Source: an uncultured Eubacterium sp. (GTDB taxonomy: Bacteria > Bacillota > Clostridia > Lachnospirales > Lachnospiraceae). From it: a stretch of 64,000 bases of DNA. The position numbers and the translations under genes are program-made. The stretch lies in the NCBI GenBank assembly GCA_964436595.1, contig CAYTDI010000006.1, positions 16,474 to 80,473 on the forward strand, written 5' to 3'. Below the pieces are notes generated by a model. That model was not told where the DNA came from. It worked only from the letters and a program-made list of their open reading frames with translations, and searched no databases. This document shows positions 19,771 to 28,300 of this stretch, piece by piece. Every line of letters starts with the position of its first letter. Position 1 is the first letter of the stretch.

Positions 19771-20445
19771 CTAGCGTCGTACCATCTGCACCCATGGCCA
19801 AATCGCACGAAAATCTACATGATACTTAGAAAACATAATCATAATTACCAAAGCAACCGCTACTACTGCTACAAGTATTGCAAGTGTAGAATTTTTCGGC
19901 TTTTTCAATTTAAAATCTACTACAAATAATATTCCGACAATTAAAAGTGCCAAATACAGGCAAATACGAAATGCCCAATCCGGTATAAAGAACTGAACCA
20001 TAAACACTAATGGCAATACAATTGCCATAGAGGTAATCGGAAGTCCTTTGTAAAACTTTTGTCCATCTTCGGAAACCAATGCATTTTTCGCTTCCATTAC
20101 ATTGAAAAATGCAAGACGGATAACAGAGTTTACACAATAAATTGCAATCACAATCATGCCGACAATTCCCCGTACTCCCAAAAGATAACAAATCATTGCC
20201 GGAAATACTCCAAAGCAAACCATATCACATAAGGAGTCAATCTGTATTCCAAAAGACTTTTCGTCTTCTGTACGATTTTTCATTGCCCTTGCAATTTTTC
20301 CATCAAACATATCACATAATCCTGACAACGCCAAACAAAAAATTGCTGTTTTAAATCTTCCATGTATTGCCTGAGTCATTCCAAATACGGAAGACAACAA
20401 GCTTATGTACGTTAATATTACTGAATAATTATAAAATCCTATCAT
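19771..20445 (-). CDS. pssA: CDP-diacylglycerol--serine O-phosphatidyltransferase
   Basis: 224 aa. CDP-alcohol phosphatidyltransferase motif DMFDGKIAR...G...DSLCD. Confidence 0.9.
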   Translation of the reverse strand: MIGFYNYSVILTYISLLSSVFGMTQAIHGRFKTAIFCLALSGLCDMFDGKIARAMKNRTEDEKSFGIQIDSLCDMVCFGVFPAMICYLLGVRGIVGMIVIAIYCVNSVIRLAFFNVMEAKNALVSEDGQKFYKGLPITSMAIVLPLVFMVQFFIPDWAFRICLYLALLIVGILFVVDFKLKKPKNSTLAILVAVVAVALVIMIMFSKYHVDFRAIWPWVQMVRR

Positions 20446-20470
20446 TTCTCTTTCCCCGTTTCTTTCTAAA

Positions 20471-21517
20471 TCATTCTTTTTGCGAATATCCTATTCTAAA
20501 ATGCGCCACAGCAGTCATCACTGCACTAAATAACAACTGTACATAATATGAAATTCCACGGCTTAATACCATTCCCGGAAGTAATAAACTTCCAGCAAAT
20601 ACGCCTTTGAATATAATCAGGAATAAATTCTCACTAATTCCCATTCCACCCGGTAATGGCAACATATCAACTGATACTGATACCACTGCCTGAAGCATTA
20701 CTACATCATATATACTGGTTCCGCTTAAACCAAATGCCTTATATACAAACCATGTTACAAAAAATAAAGCAAAACGCTGTACAAAGGTAATAAGCATAAC
20801 ATTTACAATTACCTTTTTATGTGTCTTGAAATATACTGCTGCTGCCTCGTAATGCTCCATGGATGCTTCCAATTTTTCTTGTCGTTCCGGCTTTTTTTTC
20901 ATCAAATGAATATGTTCTAAAAAATGCATTCCTTTTACTAACATATTTTTTGCAAGACTTGGCCAAAACACTAAGAATGACATAAATATACAGCAAAATA
21001 CATTTAAAGCAACTCCTAAATAGAAAATAGGAAGTATTCCCTCTAAATAACGATGTACAAATCCACCTTGGAAAAATGCCACAAACACTCCAATAATTAC
21101 TAATACGGACTTATATGTAATAGTTACAATCATTAAAACCAATGTTGCTACCGGTATCGGAATTTTATTTTTATGCATATAATATATCTGTGCCGGCTGT
21201 CCTCCTGATGCAGATGGCGTAATGGCACTAAAGAAAAATCCCACACACGAATACAAGAAACAGGTTCTTTTTTTCGTTTTTATATCCAGTGTTCCAAACA
21301 TATAATGAATGATAATGGACTCACCCCAAATGAAAAATATCACTGCTGCTCCAGCCGGAATGATATACCATAAATTCACTCCTTCAATTGCTGCTCCTAC
21401 TGCATGTAAATCTTCGCCATGAAATACACTATAAATGGTTAGTACAAACATAACTACAAGAAATAATACATTTCCGATTTTTTTCTTTTTACTTTCCACG
21501 CTTATATATCCTTTCAA
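20471..21517 (-). CDS. Flippase-like / lysyl-phosphatidylglycerol-synthase TM-region family membrane protein
   Basis: 348 aa and polytopic. LPLPGGMGISE is typical of the UPF0104/LPG_synthase_TM family. Confidence 0.65.
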   Translation of the reverse strand: MKGYISVESKKKKIGNVLFLVVMFVLTIYSVFHGEDLHAVGAAIEGVNLWYIIPAGAAVIFFIWGESIIIHYMFGTLDIKTKKRTCFLYSCVGFFFSAITPSASGGQPAQIYYMHKNKIPIPVATLVLMIVTITYKSVLVIIGVFVAFFQGGFVHRYLEGILPIFYLGVALNVFCCIFMSFLVFWPSLAKNMLVKGMHFLEHIHLMKKKPERQEKLEASMEHYEAAAVYFKTHKKVIVNVMLITFVQRFALFFVTWFVYKAFGLSGTSIYDVVMLQAVVSVSVDMLPLPGGMGISENLFLIIFKGVFAGSLLLPGMVLSRGISYYVQLLFSAVMTAVAHFRIGYSQKE

Positions 21518-22157
21518 ACAAATGCTCTAACGGACGATAACAGTTTGTGTGGAATGTAATATAATATGTTAATTCCGCAATTATAACTCCGCTAAATACA
21601 TCTACAATATAGTGTTGCTTGGTAAATTGTGTAGATGCACAAACAAGCAATGCAAAAACACAGGAAAATACACGATACCATTTTGGTACACGTTTCTGTC
21701 CCCGGATTCCTATATAGCAAAACCAACTAACTAAACAATGAATAGATGGAAACAATCTGGTAGGAGCATCCATGTTGTATACAAACTGAAGTATATTCTC
21801 CCACACTCCATCTCCTGCTAAGACAGGCCGTACATTTGTAGTAGGCAGTACCAAAAAGAAAAAGCAGCAAATAAGACGGGACATAATGTCAGCCGTCACA
21901 AAACGATAACAATGTTCCTTTCCCAAGCTGGCAATCAGTATATAATTAATGCCCCAAAACAAATAGCAGCCTAAATATATGATTACAAATTCGGGTACAA
22001 CCGGAACCGCTTCATCGAAAGCAGTTGTTAAATCATAATGCTTCCAACTATCTGCCATTGGTGCAATTCCTGCATAAACAAGAAAATTCACTGCTAAACA
22101 TGTAAGCAGTGGAACAATTGCATATGCCGGAATCAATTTTTGAATCTTTTCTTTCAT
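21489..22157 (-). CDS. PAP2-superfamily (PAP2_C / sphingomyelin-synthase-like) membrane protein
   Basis: 222 aa. Motifs PSIHC...SW and HYIVDVFSG. Overlaps the next gene by 29 nt. Confidence 0.65.
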   Translation of the reverse strand: MKEKIQKLIPAYAIVPLLTCLAVNFLVYAGIAPMADSWKHYDLTTAFDEAVPVVPEFVIIYLGCYLFWGINYILIASLGKEHCYRFVTADIMSRLICCFFFLVLPTTNVRPVLAGDGVWENILQFVYNMDAPTRLFPSIHCLVSWFCYIGIRGQKRVPKWYRVFSCVFALLVCASTQFTKQHYIVDVFSGVIIAELTYYITFHTNCYRPLEHLFERIYKRGK

Positions 22158-22310
22158 CTTATGTCTCCTCTTAATTACAACTAATGAATATTATAACAGA
22201 TTCCAGAAAATAGTCTACTTAATTTTTTCTTAAAACACTATCAGTTTTTTTCTTAAAACAACACTATTTTCTCTAAGCAAAAAGAAAGCAGGCTATGACA
22301 CACTGCTTCC

Positions 22311-22481
22311 CTAAAGTAAATCAAAATTGGCTAGTCTCTGCCTAACTTCAAGAACAGAAACATCAAATCTATTCGCAAGAACTATCTCTATTTCACTCAA
22401 AGACAACCCTTTCTCGCATAACACCTTGAGAATGCTAATGAGCTCTTCTCGTGGTATCAGACCCCTTAAATTACTCTCCAC
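22311..22481 (-). CDS. Possible 56-aa helical (HTH-like?) ORF downstream of the ImmA-like gene
   Basis: Hand-found, GTG start, with GAGG 8 nt upstream. Sequence VESNLRGLIPREELISILKVLCEKGLSLSEIEIVLANRFDVSVLEVRQRLANFDLL. Followed by a hairpin (about 22283-22310). Confidence 0.3.
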   Translation of the reverse strand: MESNLRGLIPREELISILKVLCEKGLSLSEIEIVLANRFDVSVLEVRQRLANFDLL

Positions 22482-22491
22482 TCATTTTACC

Positions 22492-23031
22492 TCATATTAA
22501 TTCTGTAATTCGTTTCTCAATTACATTAACAGACACACTAAAATATTTTGATAGCATACTGACTATCTCGCCATCAGTTTCGAACACTCGTTTTAGTTGC
22601 TCATACCTTTTCATAAAACTGTCCTTGGGCACAAGTAAATTCATTGCAAAAGCATCAGCTTCCCACTCAAGTGCACCGTGTTCTCTGCCACAATCTCTGT
22701 GAGCATACAGCCCACTTAGACCTTTTTCTTTAAAGTGTAACACATAATGTCCAAGCTCGCGTGCAATGATAAACCGTTTCCACTCTAAAGACATCTTGGA
22801 GTTTACACCAAGTAATTTATCGGTCGAAACCCCTAGCACGTCCTCGGCGCCTTCTTCAACAACGATAAATCCATTATCTTCTTCGTTAAGAACTGCATTG
22901 CCAACCACAAATCCTAGTCCCTTTGCAATGCCAATTACATCAACCGGACAATCATTGACAGAATACTGTGCTGCGTTCACAATATCTTGTACACTTCTTT
23001 CAATTTTAACAGTGTTCATATTCATCCCCAT
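22492..23031 (-). CDS. ImmA/IrrE-family (DUF955) metallopeptidase-like protein with a degenerate HEXXH motif
   Basis: 179 aa. FIIARELGHYVLH plus EWEADAFAMNLLVP matches the ImmA/IrrE pattern, but the first His is Arg (codon CGC at 22759-22761). The start codon is uncertain because three ATGs lie within 5 codons. Confidence 0.7.
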   Translation of the reverse strand: MGMNMNTVKIERSVQDIVNAAQYSVNDCPVDVIGIAKGLGFVVGNAVLNEEDNGFIVVEEGAEDVLGVSTDKLLGVNSKMSLEWKRFIIARELGHYVLHFKEKGLSGLYAHRDCGREHGALEWEADAFAMNLLVPKDSFMKRYEQLKRVFETDGEIVSMLSKYFSVSVNVIEKRITELI

Positions 23032-23067
23032 AAAAATACCGTGGAGAAAAACTCCACGGCAATGATT

Positions 23068-23838
23068 CTAATTCCACTGAATACCACTTATCATATCTTG
23101 CCATGTCCAAGAAGGGTTCCAGCCTTCTGGAACACTGGAGGCACTTCCGCATCCTCCACCCCATAAACCGTAAGGAAAACTTGTACCATAGTCAACACCC
23201 TTCCAGATATTGTGCTCTACACCATCAATCATAATAGTGTAACCATCATAATCAATAAAGTCATTCCCATTGTTAATGATTTTGTAATTGGTAACGCCAC
23301 ACACTCTCAGATCGTCCTCCAAAGTCCAAGCTTTTGGCTGCTCTGGAGCTGGGGCAATTTCATCATCTGGTAAAGAATCATCACTCTGAGTGTTACTTGG
23401 AGTACTGGTAGTACTCGGTGTAGTACTAGCAGCTGGAGCAGGACTCGGACTCTTACCCTGTGTTGGAGTTGTAGATTGGCTTGGAGTTGTGTTCGTGGTT
23501 GCAGACTGTGACTGTGTTCCAGCTGTCTGCGCACTATTCTTCTCAGAAGTGGTCTTTTGTTTTCCACTGGTTGAAGATTCACTCTTCGCATTAGTTACAA
23601 CTTCTTCAACTTCACCACTCTCTTCACTCTCAGTTTCCTGTACCTCTGCGTTATCCTTGACAGATTCTTCAGTTTTGCTATCTGCTTTTGCAACAACTTT
23701 AGAATCTTTCTTACTCTCACTCTTTTCTACCTTCTTACTCTCAGCAGACTGCTCTGTTTTTACAGACTCTTTTGTACTTCCGCAAGCAGTAACACTAAAG
23801 GTCAATGCAAGTAAAGTAATAACAACTAATTTCTTCAT
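23068..23838 (-). CDS. Lipoprotein with a long Ser/Thr/Glu/Lys-rich linker and a Trp/Gly-rich C-terminal domain
   Basis: 256 aa. Lipobox VTACGS. GGAGG RBS. Has its own terminator hairpin at 23039-23059. Confidence 0.75.
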   Translation of the reverse strand: MKKLVVITLLALTFSVTACGSTKESVKTEQSAESKKVEKSESKKDSKVVAKADSKTEESVKDNAEVQETESEESGEVEEVVTNAKSESSTSGKQKTTSEKNSAQTAGTQSQSATTNTTPSQSTTPTQGKSPSPAPAASTTPSTTSTPSNTQSDDSLPDDEIAPAPEQPKAWTLEDDLRVCGVTNYKIINNGNDFIDYDGYTIMIDGVEHNIWKGVDYGTSFPYGLWGGGCGSASSVPEGWNPSWTWQDMISGIQWN

Positions 23839-23985
23839 AACTAACTACCTCCTGTTTCTCTCGTTCTTTCACTATATCGTGATTTCATCACTCAATAATT
23901 TCGCCGTTCGTCAAGAGCGAGCAAGCTCTCTCTGACTCTCTTACGCTCATTATATCATAAAATACTAATAATGATTAAAGGGTTT

Positions 23986-24741
23986 TCAAAAATCGCAAAA
24001 CTCTTTTTTAAAAACATCCAGCAAATACAATGCTGCTTGCTTTCCTCTACCATCAGGCTGTGCCTGTAAACGTTCTCTTGCAACTGAATATTCAATTTTT
24101 AAAGGATTTCTTATGCATGAAAACTGTATATCAAAACTACCCGAAAATGGTTTAGCCACACACTTATTCAAACACTCCTCTAAATTCAGCCAAGGTTCAA
24201 ATTTTTGATAGTTACTAAAGAATGCATCCCCATTATCAAAAATAGGTGCATTTCTGTATCCATTCTTTGTACGGATAACAGCCATGTTATTGAAATGTCT
24301 ATCACCATTACGCGTGATGTAATCTAAGGACAAGCAAGTGTCTACATAATCCTCAACACACAAACCAGTGTATTGCTGAATAGTGTACTTTACAAAATCA
24401 ATACGCTCACAAATATCATTCATCAATAAAATCTCATTTGTTAAAGACTTTCCTGTATTCTGATAATACACTCTTTCAAACGTTACTAGCTGTTCCTCCG
24501 CATTTAGAAAATTTTCTGAATAACAACCAGTGCGACCATTAATGATACAACGATGATACTTAACAAAATCATGATAATTTGAAGATTCTAAAAAAATGCA
24601 TGCTAACACCTCAGAATCACTTTCATAACCACAAGTATCTATCTTAAACCATTTATTTTCGTACTTGTACTTCAGTTGGCTACCTTGACTTCCACTGGAA
24701 GCATTTTCAAAAAAGGACTCATCTAAATTAAACTCTTCCAT
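23986..24741 (-). CDS. HipA-family Ser/Thr kinase core lacking the N-terminal subdomain (HipT-like)
   Basis: 251 aa. Gly-rich loop SSGSQGSQLKY (compare HipA GAQxK). Catalytic-loop-like RNGDRHFNNMAV (compare D-x-H-x-x-N). APIFDNGDAF corresponds to the Mg-binding Asp region. Confidence 0.7.
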   Translation of the reverse strand: MEEFNLDESFFENASSGSQGSQLKYKYENKWFKIDTCGYESDSEVLACIFLESSNYHDFVKYHRCIINGRTGCYSENFLNAEEQLVTFERVYYQNTGKSLTNEILLMNDICERIDFVKYTIQQYTGLCVEDYVDTCLSLDYITRNGDRHFNNMAVIRTKNGYRNAPIFDNGDAFFSNYQKFEPWLNLEECLNKCVAKPFSGSFDIQFSCIRNPLKIEYSVARERLQAQPDGRGKQAALYLLDVFKKEFCDF

Positions 24742-25078
24742 TTAAATCCACATCCTTCCAACACAAATCTTCGCCGGGAAACTTTATCCAAACCTGGTCA
24801 TCATAAGTGAAGCCATGTGAACGTTTTACAATATCGTATGGATTATAGTAATCAAGTCCCATAAGTGCCAATAACTTTTTGGTATCTGGTCTTGTTCGGT
24901 CAAAGCATCTCATTTCCAAAAAAGTAAACATCTGTGCCTTGTCTGGTACAAATCCAAAAATTTGGTATCTCTCGTCTTCCGTTAATCGCTCTGTCTCTAT
25001 AAATTCAGAATCTAAATCTAAAATAACATGCATGATTGGAACATCCCAATTCATGATTGTAAACTCATACTTGTTCAT
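24728..25078 (-). CDS. HipA N-terminal-subdomain-like small protein (HipS-like)
   Basis: 116 aa from the ATG at 25078, which has AAAGGTG 6 nt upstream. The track's GTG start at 25087 is unlikely. FLEMRCFDRTRPDTKKLLALMGLDYYNPYDIVKRSHGFTYDDQVWIKF resembles the HipA_N 'LLPEG..R..la..lGi....f.lL...G.D..Ga' segment. It overlaps the kinase gene by 14 nt. Confidence 0.55.
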   Translation of the reverse strand: MNKYEFTIMNWDVPIMHVILDLDSEFIETERLTEDERYQIFGFVPDKAQMFTFLEMRCFDRTRPDTKKLLALMGLDYYNPYDIVKRSHGFTYDDQVWIKFPGEDLCWKDVDLNGRV

Positions 25079-25152
25079 AAGGTACACCTTTCACATTCCT
25101 AAAACTTTACCTCCAGTGTGGTTTTAGGTAATTAAAACAATATATTCTTATT

Positions 25153-25245
25153 TACGCGAGTAGCGATAAAAATGCTGTGTTTGCACGAGCATTTGATGAG
25201 CACTGCGATAACTCGAGAAACTCGCAAAGCCTGTTTCTCGTAGTT
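25153..25245 (+). repeat. Copy A of a ~93-nt intergenic repeat (partner at 52900-52993, opposite strand)
   Basis: By-eye alignment shows about 75% identity overall. The 3' half is nearly identical: GATAACT..AAACTCGCAAAG..TGTTTCTC.TAGTT. Contains the hairpin CGAGAAAC-N11-GTTTCTCG. Confidence 0.7.
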
Positions 25246-25247
25246 CT

Positions 25248-25275
25248 ATTATAATAAAAATATAAAAAAATGCAA
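25248..25275 (-). promoter_or_regulatory. SigmaA-type promoter of the hipS/hipT-like operon
   Basis: TTGCAT-16 nt-TATAAT on the minus strand. Confidence 0.5.
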
Positions 25276-25312
25276 CCACCAAAAATCTTCTTTCTTCAAC
25301 CATTCATCATCA

Positions 25313-25348
25313 AAAAACCGCCACCTCTTGTTTTATCTGAGGTGACGA
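25313..25348 (-). terminator. Intrinsic terminator of the GH26 gene
   Basis: Minus strand CGTCACCTC-loop-GAGGTGGCG followed by GTTTTTT. Confidence 0.8.
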
Positions 25349-25388
25349 TTTCCTATTTACACAAGTTTCTTATAACTTTTCTACAATA

Positions 25389-28300
25389 CTATGCGTACTT
25401 TTTTCTTTTCATTGTGCCCACGCAAACCACAGTTGCCAATCCTAACAGTAATATATATCCTGCCATATTAGTAGTATCTCCTGTTTTTACCTGTGCACTT
25501 TTCTTTGCCAAATCTGCTCCATTATTTTCGCTTACGATGATGACATAGTCGGATGCATGGCTCAGCTTAAATACTGCGTTTCCATCTGTTCCAACTTTAA
25601 CAGAATCTATGTACTCCAATTTGCCTGTTGTCGGATTATAGTAGTAAAGATTTGCATAGTATCCAACTGCCGCCTGACCAAGAGGAATGATAACGGTTAC
25701 TTCTGCACCAAATTCTCCCTCATATCCTAAAGAGAACTGCATCTGGAATTTTGCCTTATCATCTCCTACTGCACTAATTACACTTTGCGGTATATTATTG
25801 GTATTTAATTCTATGGATAAATCTATGTCTTTTGCCTCTTTGATGTCTTTTCCATTAATTAACCATACCACACCGTTTTCCATTTCAAATCTTAAGGTAA
25901 CATCTTTTCCCTTTGCTGCTTCCATAATATCTTTGGAAACCTTTGTATTTTCCTTTGAAATTGGTACTGTAATCGTTTCTCCATTTTCTGCTTCTGCTAT
26001 TTTTTGCAAAATATCTTTATCACTTGTATCCTGCGGTGGATTTACCGGATTCTGCGGCGTAATCGTTGTTTCTTCTACTAAGGATTTATCTGTAATGATT
26101 AATCCGTTTTTGTCTACTTTTGTTAAATCTGTATCGTTAATCTTTACACCCTTGATTCCGTCAAAGTAAATGGTTGAATCCACATCCCATGTACCGCTAT
26201 GTCCTTCTGGAACAACAGAATTACACCATACGGCAAACTTTGTGATATTACTTGTATTTAAAGTACCACCTTTTTTCCCAACAAAGGAACTGAATGGAAC
26301 TGTTACATACTGTGCTTTCGTTCCCTTTACAAAATCAGTCAAATAAACTTCAAATTCTTCTCCTGAACCATCAGTAAGCTGAACTACCAGCTTTTGTCCG
26401 TTTCCGTCTGGCTGAACCCACATTTCTAATGCATTATATGCAGAAAAATCATTAGCTGTCAAAGAAGATTTGATTCTTCCTGTCCATACTTCATTTCCGG
26501 TTGTAGAAAGTGTATAATGGAATGCACCTCCATATGTTCCATCGTTTTTGTGGTCTGCATCCAGCAAAAATTCTGCGCTGCACCCTGCGGCTGAGTTTTC
26601 TGTATAGCTTGCGTCTAACAAACCATTACTTCCGGAATAAAAATCAAAGTTCTCAATTACATTTACAGGTGCTTTATCTTTTTCTTTTCCTAAACTTATA
26701 TTTTTCAACTGTGCAATCTGCACTCCGTCAGCAACTAATGTAATGGTCGCTACATCGGTAGCTTCTATCTGCTGAATAGTTGTCTGGTCTAATGTGGCAG
26801 TATAGATTGTTGTATCTGCTGCGCTTGGACTTGCCTGCAACACTGCTTTTTTAGCATTTGCTGTATTTTCTACTACAAACTGTACCTCTTTTGCATTTTT
26901 TACAGATGCTTTCAGCTCTGCCTTTTCTAAAATGGTTGCCATTTCAAACGGATAAATCATATAACCGTGAACGTTTGTATATTTCTCATTTGTTACATTT
27001 GATAATGTTCCAATATTATTATAGAAGTTTGTTCCATTTCCAAAAATGGAAGAACTATCATTATAAAAATCAATAAATTCGTTTATCATTTCCTGTCCAT
27101 AGTTGTCATCGTACTTATATGGAACATAGAAATTGGTGTCACTGAAGTTTGCCCATACCAAGAAATATGGCATATTGTTTTTCTTTGCAATTTCATTTAC
27201 TTTTAAATACCAGTTTGTACCGGTTGCTTCTTCTCTCACCGGATTTCCTTTTACCAAAAGTCCTTCGTTATCAGAACCATCTTTTTTCATTACTCTGACA
27301 CCACACTCTGAAATAGAAGCTATTTTTCCTTTTTTCTCAGCCAGACTAGAAACCACTTCACAGGTTTTGTCTAAGCTTTCAAAAAATGAACCATCCGAGG
27401 TTGCCGGATATGTATTGTAGTCATCATAATAATCAAAAGAAAGAATATCTACATATTCATCTCCCGGATATCTGGTTAAAAATTCTTCTTCAGAAGTCAA
27501 TGGTCCGTTTGGTGAATATACATACAACATATTATGTACACCCTGACTTTCCAGATAATCTCTGGTATAGCGATATAAACTCTTATAGGTCTCAATACTA
27601 TTAGTAGAGCCCCACCAGAACCATGAACCGGTATTCTCATGGAGTGGTCGGAAAATAACCGGAATATTATCCTGCTGTAATGCTTTTGCATAGTTTGCTA
27701 CAATATCCAGATATGCATTAAACACCTCGTTATATGCTCCACCCGGAAGAATCTGTTCTGCACAGGTATTGCTTAAATCTTTTGCTTCACCAAAGTCGCA
27801 ATTATAAAAATCATAACTTCCATCTGCATTTTTCTTAATCTTGTCATTTGTAAAGTTTGGCATATGTGTAGATAAGGTAATAATTGCTCCATTCTCTGCT
27901 GCCTTTTTACTATATGCAATAGAGTTTGCCAGAGCAGATGCTGCATCTGTTCCACCTGCCTCTGAACCGGTTAAAGCAAGAGAATCTAATCCGAAAATAC
28001 CACTTACAGAACCGGTTACATCTTCTACATCACCGAGATTAGCACTTGGATTTACAGAACGGCTTACATCGTTCTGATGTCCAAATAATACCTGATTATT
28101 TTCACTTAATGCAGAAAGATAAGTAAATAATGCCTTTGCGCTGTCATCTGCATTTTCATCTGCAATGCGAACAGTATTTTTAGAATAAGTGATATTTGCC
28201 TGTGTCCCTGCTCCCGGTGTAGATGTGATTTTCACAAAATCTTCTGTTGCATTTTTCTGAGATAATGCTAAGTTATCCATATAAATATTACCTTTAAAGC

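Noticed and set aside
23307-23935. ORFs 23307..23591 (minus) and 23390..23935 (plus) inside the lipoprotein gene
   Set aside because: These are frame artefacts of low-complexity Ser/Thr/Pro-coding DNA. Only the 23068..23838 frame has a lipobox, an RBS and a terminator.
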